Shown here: in pieces, positions 43,194-53,459 of the stretch
Layout: the number at the start of each line of letters is the position of its first letter
How positions within the stretch are numbered: the stretch's first letter is position 1
Assembly: GCA_964291265.2 (NCBI GenBank)
Contig: OZ219747.1
Coordinates: 2,560,001-2,624,000 of the forward strand
Length of the DNA stretch: 64,000 bases
Origin: Alphaproteobacteria bacterium
GTDB lineage: Bacteria > Pseudomonadota > Alphaproteobacteria > SP197
Direction of reading: 5' to 3'
Notes under the pieces: model-generated
What the model saw: the letters and a program-made list of their open reading frames with translations, nothing else
Databases searched by the model: none
What the model was told of the DNA's origin: nothing
Made by a program: the position numbers and the translations under genes

Positions 43194-44672
43194 TCACCCC
43201 TTGTTAGGGTCTGGTTGTCCGTAGTGTTGGTTGAGGATGTCTACGGCCTTTCCGTCGAGGGCGATGTGGATGGCGACGTGAGGGTTGTAGCCGAGTGCGT
43301 CCATGGTGGTGAGGTAGCTTGAGCCGCGGCACCATGCTTTGGCGTGGGGCATGGTGCGGAAACATCCGGACACCTTGATCTTGACCTTTGTCATCCTGAT
43401 CTTCTGCTCTCCGGTATTGTTGGTGAAACTGACGTTGGGGTCCTTCATGAAGCGCAGGACGGACTTCTCGTGTTTCACGAGACGTTCATGCAGGTTGTGC
43501 GCGTCGGACTTTGCGATGCGTCCACGTTTTCCTTTCGTCCGTGGCGGGATGTCGGGCAGTTCCTTGGCGCCCTGGGTGAGGATGGTGCGGTAGCGCTTGC
43601 GCACGGCCCGGCGGTCGGCCTCGTTCAAGGTCTTGGATGCGCTCTTGTTGACCCTGCGGGAGACCTCGCGCAGCAGGCTTTTCATCAGTCGCGCCCAGCG
43701 GTAGCCGTTGGACTCGACGACGAAGGTCAGTTCGCGCAGGAGATGGCTGCCGCACAGTTGGTGGCGGCATTGATCGTAGCCCATGTAGGCAGCCCAGCAG
43801 TCGTGGATCAGGACGCCCTTGTAGCGCGGGATGATGCCGATCTCTTCGATCGCCTCCCGGCCGCGCTTGGGGTGCGGGAACTTGCACGTCAGGGTGCCGT
43901 CGGTGACGACATGGAGCCATTGGGTCTTGCCGGCGACCCGGAAGCCGGTCTCGTCGACATGCAGGGCCGGTTGTTGCAGGAGATGGGCCACGGCGGCCTC
44001 CTCCCATGATGCGAGGGCATCGTGAAAGCGCCGGACATAGCCGAGGCAGGTCGCCTCGGAGAGCTTGATGCCGGAGATCGCGTGCACGAGCGAGACGGCA
44101 CGACGCAGGGACAGCATCTGGGCGATCAGCAGGTTGATGACGAGGGCCTGGATGCTGACGCCGTACTGCAGGGGGCCCGGCATGTTGTCTGGGAACCGGC
44201 CCTTGGTCCGGGCCCGGCACTTCGGGCATTCCTTGATCTCGGCTTCGACGCGGCGCTCGACGACTTCGAACACGATGTCGTAGAGGACGCGGCACTCCCG
44301 GTCGACGGGGTCGACATCGTGGAGGTCGGCGCCGCAGGCGTCGCAGGCATCGACGACGATCGTCTCCTCGATGGTGGTCGTGCGCAGGTTGTCGCCCGTC
44401 TGCTGGTTCGGTTTCGGGCCCTTGCCGTTGCTCCCGGTGCGCCTCGCGCTCTCGTCCTTGTCAGTCTGCGATGGCGGCAGACCGGAGTTCCGGCTTGTCT
44501 TACGTGTGATCTTCTCCATGAGCACGGTCAGCAACAGCTTTATCAGCATCAGCATGCCGCGGAAGAGCTCCTCGCACTCCTGGCTGACCTTGCCCTGCTT
44601 GCGGAGATCCTGGAACTGCTTCTGGAAGATGTCGGCCTCCTGGCGCACAGACGTGCCGTTCACGCTCGCCAT
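43194..44672 (-). CDS. tnpC: IS66-family transposase (element B)
   Basis: Same translation as 29396..30874. Confidence 0.92.
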   Translation of the reverse strand: MASVNGTSVRQEADIFQKQFQDLRKQGKVSQECEELFRGMLMLIKLLLTVLMEKITRKTSRNSGLPPSQTDKDESARRTGSNGKGPKPNQQTGDNLRTTTIEETIVVDACDACGADLHDVDPVDRECRVLYDIVFEVVERRVEAEIKECPKCRARTKGRFPDNMPGPLQYGVSIQALVINLLIAQMLSLRRAVSLVHAISGIKLSEATCLGYVRRFHDALASWEEAAVAHLLQQPALHVDETGFRVAGKTQWLHVVTDGTLTCKFPHPKRGREAIEEIGIIPRYKGVLIHDCWAAYMGYDQCRHQLCGSHLLRELTFVVESNGYRWARLMKSLLREVSRRVNKSASKTLNEADRRAVRKRYRTILTQGAKELPDIPPRTKGKRGRIAKSDAHNLHERLVKHEKSVLRFMKDPNVSFTNNTGEQKIRMTKVKIKVSGCFRTMPHAKAWCRGSSYLTTMDALGYNPHVAIHIALDGKAVDILNQHYGQPDPNKG

Positions 44673-45337
44673 GACGACGCCTCCACCGCCATGACTGCCG
44701 CCAGCACGGCGAGCCGCTCGCCTTCGGGCATCGTCCGGTAGCGCCGCGCCCAGCTCTCTGCGAGGCGCTTGATGCGCTGGCGGTCGATCGAGTTCCTGCC
44801 CGCACACGTATGCCAGTGCGGTCGGCCCGGTGCGAAGTTGAACCACAGCTTCTCGGTGACAACGCAGGCCTGGTTGTTGACCTGGACCTCGGCCGAGCGC
44901 CAGCCGGCGAGGTGCGTGTCGTAGAGCCGCGAGGGATAGCCGGAGATCATCACCTGGCAGGGCAGCGACGTCAGGATGTCGAGGAGCGCAACATGGTCAT
45001 CGTCCGTGCAGTCGAAGCGGTAGCGGCGCTGCGACCGGCGCGTCGACTGCACGTAAGGCGGGTCGCAGTAGACCAGCTCGCGGCCCTGGAAGGCGAAGGT
45101 CTCGAGAAAACGCAGGGCGCAGCCTTGGTGAAGCTCCACCGGATAGTCACAGCGGAAGGTGTCGATCGCCCGGCGGTTGAGGTCAATGCCGATGCTGCGC
45201 AGCGCCGGTGGCTTGCGCTTCATGATCGCGCCGCCCCCAAGGAACGCCTCGATGTACACGTCATGCGGCGGCATGGCCGCGACGATCGCCTGGCTCAGAC
45301 CCGTCGTCGCCTTCGATCCATACCATGCCGCCATCAA
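44660..45337 (-). CDS. Short Dam-like (D12 class) N6-adenine DNA methyltransferase
   Basis: YGSK, YIEAFLGGGA, GIDLN, YCDPPY, ISGY, EKLWFNF. Confidence 0.88.
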   Translation of the reverse strand: MMAAWYGSKATTGLSQAIVAAMPPHDVYIEAFLGGGAIMKRKPPALRSIGIDLNRRAIDTFRCDYPVELHQGCALRFLETFAFQGRELVYCDPPYVQSTRRSQRRYRFDCTDDDHVALLDILTSLPCQVMISGYPSRLYDTHLAGWRSAEVQVNNQACVVTEKLWFNFAPGRPHWHTCAGRNSIDRQRIKRLAESWARRYRTMPEGERLAVLAAVMAVEASSWRA

Positions 45338-45368
45338 TATCTCCGACGCAAACCGCCCCGATGGCCAG

Positions 45369-45397
45369 CATGTAGAGTGCCCCTCCTACAATGTCAA
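45369..45397 (-). promoter_or_regulatory. Sigma70-like promoter candidate for the MTase-transposase operon
   Basis: TTGACA-N17-TACATG about 30 bp upstream of the MTase start. Confidence 0.55.
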
Positions 45398-45894
45398 GCG
45401 CATATCTCCAGAGGATTGGAAAGGCAGCCAACCGCTGTGGATGATTGCATCATCACGGGGACAAAACCTGGCCATATAAGGCCGGAACGTGGAGCTGAAG
45501 ACGAAGATCGATCCGCTTCTTGTCAGTCGGAACACGCACATCCGATCATCGGAAGCGAGCAAGTGAAGGCGGCAAGAGACAATGCCGGATTCGAACCCGT
45601 CAGGAAAAACGATCCGTCATCAGTAGGGGGTGAGTAGTTACCGCAGGTGTACGATCAAGGGGGGACCATGACGCACATATCCCGGGTCTCGCCGGCATTC
45701 GCTCAGTTCCATGATGCCTCGGTCACTGCGTGACCGAACGCTTACGATTGTCGGCCTGCACGAAACACATGAAACCCTGCGTCACGGGCTGACGGAGCAC
45801 CTTGCAGACGGGGGCGACTTGGTGGAAAGTGAGCGTTGCCCGCCGGTCGCTGTGCCGGGTGGCTGCATGCCGTCGACTTCAGGGAGCACCTGTC

Positions 45895-46653
45895 ATGGCT
45901 GTCGTGTCCAGGATTCATCCGGAGAGAACCGGGACCGGGGAGTGGGAGATTCGCTGCGATCTCGCCGCCCTCTACCGGGCGTTCGTCCGCTACGGCTGGA
46001 CCGATCTCATCTACACCCACATCTCGGCGCGCCTGCCGGAGGAGCCCGGTCACTATCTCATCAACCCCTATGGACTTCTCTTCGAGGAGATCACGGCGTC
46101 CAACCTGATCGTCGTCGACTTCGACGGCCGACTGGTGCGTGGCGACTGGCCGGTGAACGAGGCCGGGCACGCCATTCACCATGCGGTCCTCAAGGCGCGC
46201 GAGGATGTCGGCTGGGTCCTGCATACGCATTCCCGCGCCGGCATGGCGGTGGCGTGCATGAAGTGCGGCCTCCTGCCGCTGACCCAGCAGGCCATGTTCT
46301 TCCATGGCCGTCTGGCATCCCACCCGTGGGACCTGCAGACGGCAGGGCAGGAGGAATGCGATCGTCTGGTTGCCGATCTCGGTCATCACCATGCCATGAT
46401 CCTGGAAAACCACGGGTTGCTCGCGTGCGGGCCGACACCGGGCTTTGCCTTCGGCCATCTCTACAACCTGGAGATGGCGTGCAAGGTCCAGGTCGATGTC
46501 CTGTCATCGGGCCAGGAGTTCATCATTCCCGATGCCGAAGTGGTGGAACGCACCGCCGCTGCCGGCGCCGACCCCGCGTTCGTGGCCGATGATCGCGCCT
46601 GGCAGGCCGTTCGCCGCTGCCTCGACAACACCCAGGGCGACTACGCCACCTGA
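45895..46653 (+). CDS. Class II aldolase/adducin family protein
   Basis: DLIYTHISAR, INPYG..FEEITAS, LHTHS, LENHG. Confidence 0.9.
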   Translation: MAVVSRIHPERTGTGEWEIRCDLAALYRAFVRYGWTDLIYTHISARLPEEPGHYLINPYGLLFEEITASNLIVVDFDGRLVRGDWPVNEAGHAIHHAVLKAREDVGWVLHTHSRAGMAVACMKCGLLPLTQQAMFFHGRLASHPWDLQTAGQEECDRLVADLGHHHAMILENHGLLACGPTPGFAFGHLYNLEMACKVQVDVLSSGQEFIIPDAEVVERTAAAGADPAFVADDRAWQAVRRCLDNTQGDYAT

Positions 46654-46662
46654 TTCACGCGG

Positions 46663-48285
46663 TCAGTCGAGGAAACCGGCGTCCTCGCGCACTTCGATGA
46701 GCGTGGGACCGTCGGCGTCGAAGGACTCCCTGATGATCCCGGTGAGCGCCGCCAGGGACCCGGGTCGGGCAGACCGTGCCCCGAAGGCTTCTGCCAGGGC
46801 GGCAAAGTCGGGGTTGCGCCCCGGTGTCACACCGAGAGGTCCGATACGGCGCGCGATCATGTCATCGCGAATCTGACCGAGGCCGTGGTTGTTCCACAGC
46901 ACGATCGGCAGGCTGACCTTCTCGTCGACGGCGGTGGCGAGTTCGCTTGCCGTGAAGAGGAACCCGGCATCGCCGGTCAGGGCCGCACCGTGGCGCTCGG
47001 GTGAACCGAGCCTGGCCCCGATGGCCGAGGGCATGGCCGATCCGAGGGTGCAGTAGCCGTTGGGATGCGTGTAGCTGCGCGGTGTGGAGGTGGGCCAGTA
47101 CTCGTTGGCGAAGTAGGCGATCTGTGTGGCATCGGTGATCAGCCAGCCGTCATCGGGAATGGCGGCGCGCATGGCGTCGAGCACGGCCGTGAACCGCGCC
47201 GCGCCCGGGCGTGCGAGCAGGTGCTCCATGAACTTCCGTCGGAGGTCCGGGATGGCTCTGGAACCGGTGAGGCCCGGCTTTTCTCCGGCCGCGGGCAGGG
47301 CTTCGGCGAGCATGGTCATCGTCAGCCCGGCGTCTCCCAGCAGTGCGGCGTCGGGCGCGTAGTCCCTAGCGAGACTGCCGGCATCGACATCGATGCGGAT
47401 GAACCGCCCGGTGAACTCGAGGAAGTCGGGTTCCTTCCAGATATCGGTCTCGGCGAGTTCGGTGCCGACGGCAATGACCATATCGGCGTCTTCGATGAAC
47501 GCATGGGCCGGCGGAAACGCGAGGCAGGCGCCACAGTTGAGGGGATGGGACTCGGGCAGGGCGCCCTTGCCGGCGATGGTGAGGAACACGGCGGCGCCAA
47601 GCCGTTCGGCGAGAACCCGCAGGGCTTCGCCGTGGTCGATCGTCCCGCCGCCGGCGATGATGACCGGTTGCCGGGCGCCGGCGGCCATGGCGGCGGCCTT
47701 TTCGACCGCTGCCGGATCCGGGGCCAGGGGACCGGTGATGGGTGAGGCCCTGACGGCGAACTCCGCCGCTTCGGCAATCTTGTCGATGGGAAGCTCGATA
47801 TAGCAGGGCCGGGGACGGGCACAAGCGAAGGTGGAGAAGGCGCGATGCACGGCGCCCGGGATCCGTCGGCCGTCGAGAATGGTCTGTGCATGGGCGGTCA
47901 GCGGCCGGATTGTCGCCAACTGATCGGATATCTCGTGGAGGCGGCCGCGGCCGGCGCCGAGGTCGCTCGATCCGTTGGTGCTGGCAATCACGAGCATCGG
48001 CTGGCTGTCTGCATAGGCGTTGCCCACGGCGGTCGCGATGTTGGTCACTCCGGGGCCCGTGATGACGCAGCAAAGCGCCGGCTTCCCGGAAATCCTCGCA
48101 TGGCCGTCGGCCATGAAACCGCCGCTCTGTTCGTGACGGAACAGCACGTGATTCATGCCGGCATCGACGATGCCGCGATAGTACTCCAGGGTATGGACCC
48201 CCGGCATGCCGAACACCGTCTCGATCCCGTAGGCCCGAACCAGCTGCATCAGCGCCTGGCCCCGGGACAGGTTGCTCCCTTCCAT
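46663..48285 (-). CDS. ThDP-dependent decarboxylase (5-guanidino-2-oxopentanoate decarboxylase-like)
   Basis: VFGMPGVHTLE, RHEQ, ITGPG, GDAGFLF..WNN. Confidence 0.85.
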   Translation of the reverse strand: MEGSNLSRGQALMQLVRAYGIETVFGMPGVHTLEYYRGIVDAGMNHVLFRHEQSGGFMADGHARISGKPALCCVITGPGVTNIATAVGNAYADSQPMLVIASTNGSSDLGAGRGRLHEISDQLATIRPLTAHAQTILDGRRIPGAVHRAFSTFACARPRPCYIELPIDKIAEAAEFAVRASPITGPLAPDPAAVEKAAAMAAGARQPVIIAGGGTIDHGEALRVLAERLGAAVFLTIAGKGALPESHPLNCGACLAFPPAHAFIEDADMVIAVGTELAETDIWKEPDFLEFTGRFIRIDVDAGSLARDYAPDAALLGDAGLTMTMLAEALPAAGEKPGLTGSRAIPDLRRKFMEHLLARPGAARFTAVLDAMRAAIPDDGWLITDATQIAYFANEYWPTSTPRSYTHPNGYCTLGSAMPSAIGARLGSPERHGAALTGDAGFLFTASELATAVDEKVSLPIVLWNNHGLGQIRDDMIARRIGPLGVTPGRNPDFAALAEAFGARSARPGSLAALTGIIRESFDADGPTLIEVREDAGFLD

Positions 48286-48518
48286 GGCCGATCTCCTTGA
48301 AGGGCACGAAACGGTGATGATAGCTTCCCGCATACCTCACGGGAACGGAAAACCGCCATGGAATCCAATCCTCTTCGCTGCCGCCGGCCGGAAGGCAACA
48401 CCCCCCAACTCACCGATTGGGGATGCAATTCGGAATACGGTGTCCTCACCGATGTCCTGCTCGGACCGGCCGACAACTTTCACTGGCTCCCCACGAGCTC
48501 CATCTCCAGGGCTACGCT

Positions 48519-51101
48519 CTGCCCATTAGTCACAAAAGGTGTCATTACAAGTGAACTGAGAGGGGGTCTTCGCCACTGCCGCCGCCTGCCAGAAGCACGC
48601 CCGGCGATCGTGCGGACCGAATGCTTGACAAGACCAGCGCACCCTGTCAGGCTGCCCAACGTCATGGACTACACTCCCCTGCCGATCCGGTCAACATTGG
48701 ACCAACCCGAGGCCCTGGCCCGGCTGCAGCCGATCCTGGATGGCTCGTCGAGCCGCTGGGCCGCAACCCGCGCCACCTGTGCCGCCTTTGCGCTGCGCGA
48801 CGGGCGCGGACATCTGCGCCTGCAGAGCTGCCTGTCGGCGCTTGAAGCCCTGGACCGGGCCGGGCGCATCCGGCTGCCGCCGGCGCGTCCGGGGCCGGCG
48901 CACCGGGCGCCGCGCACGGATCCCCGGACGCGGCCGGCGCCGCCGTTGCCGGAGGTCCCGGACCAGGCGGGGCAGATCCCCGACCTTGCGGTGTCGCCGG
49001 TGACCGACCGCGCCGGCAAGCACACGTGGGCGGCGATGATGGCCCGGGAGCATCCTCTCGGTCCGGTGCGGGCGGCGGGATCGCAGATCCGCTACGTCCT
49101 GACCTCGGGCGAGGGGGTTCTCGGCGGCTTCCTGTGTGCGGCGCCGACCCGTGTGCAGGCGGCGCGGGATCGCTGGATCGGCTGGACCCCGGCGCAGTGT
49201 GCGGCGGGGCGGCACCGCATCGTCGGCCTGGCGCGCTTCCTGATCCGGCCGGCTCTTGGGCGCTGCCGCAACCTCGCGTCGCGGGCGCTCGGCCTGTGCC
49301 TGCGCCGGGTGGTTGGGGACTACGAGGCCCTCTACGGTCTGCGTCCGGTACTCATCGAAACGTATGTCGGTCCCGAGCACGACGGCACCAGCTGCCGGGC
49401 GAGTGGATGGATCCGGGTCGGGCAGACGGCCGGTCGCGACCGTCATCGCCGGCCGGTGGCGGTCAAGCAGGTCTGGCTACGCCCGCTCAGCACCGACTGG
49501 CGTTGGCAGCTGGGGGTCCGGGTGGAGCCGTTGACGCCGTGGGCGGGTCTGGACAGCACCCGGTGGGCGGAGCAGGAACTGGCCGGAGCGGACTTCGGCG
49601 ATGTCCGGCTGAGCCGGCGTCTTGTACAATCGGCTGCTCTGCTGGCGCAGACGCCTTCGAAGACCTTCGTGACCGCAGCCCGGGGAGATGCAGCGATGGT
49701 GACCGGCTATTATCGTCTGATTGAGCACCCCGATAGCGCCGCCGTCTCGGCACAGGCGATCCTCGCTCCGCATCGCAAGCGGACCCGTCAGCGGATCCAG
49801 GGACAGGACACGGTGCTGCTGATCCAGGACGGCTCCGACATCAACCTGGCGACGCACCAGGCCTGCGAGGGTCTCGGCGTGATCTCCCGCAACCGGGGAT
49901 CCAAGGGCACTCTCGGTCTGCATCTGCACACGACCCTCGCCGTGGCGGCGGACGGCATCCCGTTGGGCGTGCCACGGATCGAGTTCGATGCGCCGCCGCT
50001 CGAGGGCGCCGCCGACGACGACCGTGACACCAAGACCCAGCGCTGGGTCCGGGGACTGGAAGACAGCGGGGCCCTGATCGACGGATTGCACGAGGTTCGG
50101 GCCGTGGCCGTCATGGATCGCGAAGGCGATGCCTTCGAGGTCCTGGAGGCCTGGCGGCGCCTGGAAGGGCGGATCCACATCCTCGTGCGGGCCCGTCATG
50201 ACCGCAGTCTCGGCAAGGGACGATTGAAGCTGTTCGAACGCATGCGCCGACAGCCGGTCCGGGAGGCCTGGACGGTATCGGTGCCGCGGTTGTCGGTACG
50301 GCGGGCGACGGGGTCGCAGTCGGCCTTCATCGGACGGGCCGCGCGCACCGCTCCCTGCGCCCTGCGCTGGAAGAGCCTCGAGATACCGGTTCCCGAAGGA
50401 CGCGCCGAACCGGGCGCGCGGGCGATCCGCCTGTCACTGGTCCATGTCCAGGAAACCGCCGATCCCGAGGACGGAGCGAAGCCGCTGGAATGGCTGCTCC
50501 TGACCTCGCTGCCGGTGAGCGATGCCTGCCAGGCCCGGGAAGTGGTCGGCTTCTACGAGCGGCGCTGGCGCATCGAGGAGTTCTTCCGCATCCTCAAGTC
50601 CGGCTGCGACGTGGAGACGGGAGCCCATCGCACGCGGGAACGCGTCGAACGGGCCGTCGCCCTGCGCGCCGTCATCGCCTGGAGACTGTCGGTCCTGGCC
50701 CTGCTCGGGCGCGAGACGCCGGGGCTCGAGCCCGGGGTGCTGTTCTCCGAAGCCGAGCTGGCGGTGATCGCGGACTTTGCCCGGCAGCGCCGCCTGGAGG
50801 CGCCCGACAACCTCGGCGCCGCCATCACCCTCCTGGCCCGCATGGGCGGGTACCTCCAGCGCCGGCACGACGCACCGCCCGGCGCCCACGTGGTCTGGGA
50901 AGGATACAGCCACCTCGCGCTCGGCGCCGACATCGTCGAGCGGGCCCGGCAGGTCGGCCACCAGAGCGAGGTGAAGCGCTGGATCTCGGGCTGAGGGCTG
51001 AGGCAAGGGCGCCTCGACCCACACCTTTCGCTTACCTCACGGCACCCTCAATGTGTGGCAAAAGTGCACTTGTAATGACAGGGTTTGTGACTAATGGGCA
51101 G
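48519..51101 (+). mobile_element. IS4-family element (2583 bp)
   Basis: 18-bp IR CTGCCCATTAGTCACAAA; TSD GCTACGCT. Confidence 0.93.
48664..50994 (+). CDS. DUF4338/DruA-like domain fused to an IS4 (Tn5-like) transposase
   Basis: HPLG..QIRY..RDRWIGW..RFLI..NLAS..ETYV; then D.RL.RRL, IQDGS, DREGD, YERRWRIEEF. Confidence 0.9.
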   Translation: MDYTPLPIRSTLDQPEALARLQPILDGSSSRWAATRATCAAFALRDGRGHLRLQSCLSALEALDRAGRIRLPPARPGPAHRAPRTDPRTRPAPPLPEVPDQAGQIPDLAVSPVTDRAGKHTWAAMMAREHPLGPVRAAGSQIRYVLTSGEGVLGGFLCAAPTRVQAARDRWIGWTPAQCAAGRHRIVGLARFLIRPALGRCRNLASRALGLCLRRVVGDYEALYGLRPVLIETYVGPEHDGTSCRASGWIRVGQTAGRDRHRRPVAVKQVWLRPLSTDWRWQLGVRVEPLTPWAGLDSTRWAEQELAGADFGDVRLSRRLVQSAALLAQTPSKTFVTAARGDAAMVTGYYRLIEHPDSAAVSAQAILAPHRKRTRQRIQGQDTVLLIQDGSDINLATHQACEGLGVISRNRGSKGTLGLHLHTTLAVAADGIPLGVPRIEFDAPPLEGAADDDRDTKTQRWVRGLEDSGALIDGLHEVRAVAVMDREGDAFEVLEAWRRLEGRIHILVRARHDRSLGKGRLKLFERMRRQPVREAWTVSVPRLSVRRATGSQSAFIGRAARTAPCALRWKSLEIPVPEGRAEPGARAIRLSLVHVQETADPEDGAKPLEWLLLTSLPVSDACQAREVVGFYERRWRIEEFFRILKSGCDVETGAHRTRERVERAVALRAVIAWRLSVLALLGRETPGLEPGVLFSEAELAVIADFARQRRLEAPDNLGAAITLLARMGGYLQRRHDAPPGAHVVWEGYSHLALGADIVERARQVGHQSEVKRWISG

Positions 51102-51873
51102 GCTACGCTCAAGCGCGGCGACCGGTTCGATGCGCAATTGGCCATGAGACAGCACCGCGAGATGGTCGATGCCTATGAGGAGGCAGGTGTGAAGGTGCAC
51201 TGGCTGGAAGCCGACGGCGACCTTCCCTACCAGGTCTTCGCCAGGGATTCCTCCTTCATGACGCCCTACGGCGCCGTGGTCACCCAGATGGCCCAGTGGT
51301 GGCGGCGTGGCGAATACGGACCGGTCATCCGCTTCTACGTCGACAACGGCATTCCGATCTTCGACATGGTCACGGCGGGATCCTTCGAGGGCGGTGACTT
51401 CGACATCATCGAGCCGGGTTGCGTCCTCATCGGCTGGTGCGGCGAACGCACCCAGGAACAGTCGGCACAGCAGGTAAGGCAGTGGTTCGAGAAGGAGGGC
51501 TGGGAAGTCCGCGTGACGCCGATCGCCGAACACTACGTCCACATCGACCTCATGGTCTGCATGCTGGCCGAGAAACTCTGCGCGGTCTGTCTCGACACCA
51601 CCGAACCGGCTACCGTCGACTGGCTGAAGGCCAGGGGGATCGAGATCGTGCCGGTGAACTACCCCGATACCATGGCGCTGGCCTGCAACGTGGTCTCCCT
51701 GGGCAATGACCGGGTCATTGCGCCAGCCCATGCCAAGGACCTGGTGGCTCGCCTGAAGGCCCTCGGCCTTGCTGTCTATGACCCCGACGTGGACTGCTTT
51801 ACCCGCGGCGGCGGCGGTGTTCACTGCATGGCGCAATCGCTGCGCCGCGAGCCGGTCTGAGCGGAGACAGTTG

Positions 51874-52644
51874 ATGTCACGACCGGTCATGATCGTCACC
51901 GGCGGCAGCCGCGGCATCGGGGCGGAGATCGCCTGTCTGGCCGGAAGGCGGGGCCATGATGTCGCGGTCAACTACGCCGCCTCCCGGGCCCGCGCCGAAG
52001 AGGTGACGGATGCGGTTCGGGCCGCAGGCGGACGGGCCGTGGCCATCCGCGCCGATGTGTCCCGGCCCGATGACATCGATTCACTCTTCGAGGAGACCGA
52101 CCGCCTGCTCGGTGTTCCGGCAGTCCTGGTCAACAACGCCGGAATCTCCGTCGAGACGCCGGTGGCCGATCACGAGATCGGCACGGTCCGGCGGATCATC
52201 GACACCAACCTTCTGGGGCCGGTGCTCGCCAGTCGTCAGGCGATCCGCCGCATGTCGACGAAGAGGGGTGGCAGAGGTGGCGTCATCGTCAACGTGTCAT
52301 CGATTTCCGGTCTCTACGGTGGGCTGCCCGGTGACGTCGTCTACGCGGCGACCAAGGGCGGACTCGATTCCCTCACCCTGGGCCTCGCCAAGGAGGTGGC
52401 GGGAGAGGGCATCCGCGTATGCTGCGTGCGTCCCGGCCTCATCAGGACCGAAATCTGGGATGACGGCATGGGGCAGGACGAGGTGAGCGAACTCGGCAGG
52501 CGTGCCGTTCCGATCGGCCGCATCGGCGAGGTCGGTGATATCGCTGCGGCGGTCCTGTGGATGTGTTCCGACGAGGCGGCCTACATCACGGGCGCCCTTC
52601 TCAATGTCAGCGGCGGTCGCGAGACGTTCGTGCGTGGCGGCTGA
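51874..52644 (+). CDS. Short-chain dehydrogenase/reductase
   Basis: TGGSRGIG, NNAG, YAATK. Confidence 0.92.
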   Translation: MSRPVMIVTGGSRGIGAEIACLAGRRGHDVAVNYAASRARAEEVTDAVRAAGGRAVAIRADVSRPDDIDSLFEETDRLLGVPAVLVNNAGISVETPVADHEIGTVRRIIDTNLLGPVLASRQAIRRMSTKRGGRGGVIVNVSSISGLYGGLPGDVVYAATKGGLDSLTLGLAKEVAGEGIRVCCVRPGLIRTEIWDDGMGQDEVSELGRRAVPIGRIGEVGDIAAAVLWMCSDEAAYITGALLNVSGGRETFVRGG

Positions 52645-52658
52645 TCGAAGTTTCCGGT

Positions 52659-53456
52659 CTATCTCCCGGTGAACCGGGGCTTGCGCTTCTCTGCAAAGGC
52701 GCGCGGACCCTCCCTTGCGTCGTCGCTGGCGAGCATGCGCGCGTAGATCGGCAGGCCGCCGCCCCGCAGCGTGTGGAAGCAGTCGGGGATCGACATGTGC
52801 ATGGTATGGCGCACCGCCTCCTTGGTGGCCTGCAGCGCCAGCGGTCCGCCCTCGGCCAGATGTTCCGCGGTCTCGCGGGCGCGGGCCATCAATTCCTCGG
52901 GTTCCACGATCTCGTTCACGAGCCCCCACTTGAGGGCCTCTTCGGCGCCCATGCGACGCCCGCTGAGCAGGATGTCCATGGCAACCGAGTGGGGCAGGCG
53001 GCGGGGCAGGATCTGGATGGCGCCGGCATCGGCGATGAAGCCCATGTGCACGTCGGGAATGAAGAAGGTGGCGTGAGGAACCGCGTACTGGATATCGCTG
53101 GCCAGGGCAATTTCCCAACCGCCGCCCACGGCGTATCCGTTGATGGCGGCGATGACCGGCTTATAGAGGTCCCACATCTCCGTGATGCCGGCAAATCCAC
53201 CGTCAACCCGTTCCTCCGCGCCGGTGTCGCCGGTATCGAAGTCGCGCGCCGCTTCCTTGAGATCCCATCCCGGGGAGAAGAACTTGTCGCCGGCGCCCGT
53301 GACGATGCCCACCAGGAGATCGGGATCGTCGCGCAATGTCGCGAAGGCCCGGGAGAGGCCCGCCGTCACCTTGCGGCCGATGGCATTGGCCGGCGGATTG
53401 TCGATGGTGATCTCGAGGACCTTGCCCCAGCGTTCGCAGTGCACCACGTTACCCAT
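52659..53456 (-). CDS. Enoyl-CoA hydratase (carnitinyl-CoA dehydratase CaiD-like)
   Basis: FFSPGWDLK, KPVIAAINGYAVGGG, EGPRAFAEKR. Confidence 0.88.
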   Translation of the reverse strand: MGNVVHCERWGKVLEITIDNPPANAIGRKVTAGLSRAFATLRDDPDLLVGIVTGAGDKFFSPGWDLKEAARDFDTGDTGAEERVDGGFAGITEMWDLYKPVIAAINGYAVGGGWEIALASDIQYAVPHATFFIPDVHMGFIADAGAIQILPRRLPHSVAMDILLSGRRMGAEEALKWGLVNEIVEPEELMARARETAEHLAEGGPLALQATKEAVRHTMHMSIPDCFHTLRGGGLPIYARMLASDDAREGPRAFAEKRKPRFTGR

Positions 53457-53459
53457 GTT

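Larger units (their letters stand above)
43186..45641 (-). mobile_element. IS66-family element B, copy 2 (intact, 2456 bp)
   Basis: IRs GTAACTACTCACCCC; 8-bp TSD CGCAGGTG. Confidence 0.96.
48358..51860 (+). pseudogene. Amidinotransferase/arginine deiminase/DDAH-family protein split by IS4
   Basis: NSEYG.L..VLL | FARDS, FEGGD, HIDL, GGGVHCM; rejoins as ..SRATL-KRGD.. Confidence 0.88.

Noticed and set aside
48664-49550. Druantia defence system
   Set aside because: The DruA-like domains lie inside IS boundaries and no DruE-like helicase is present.
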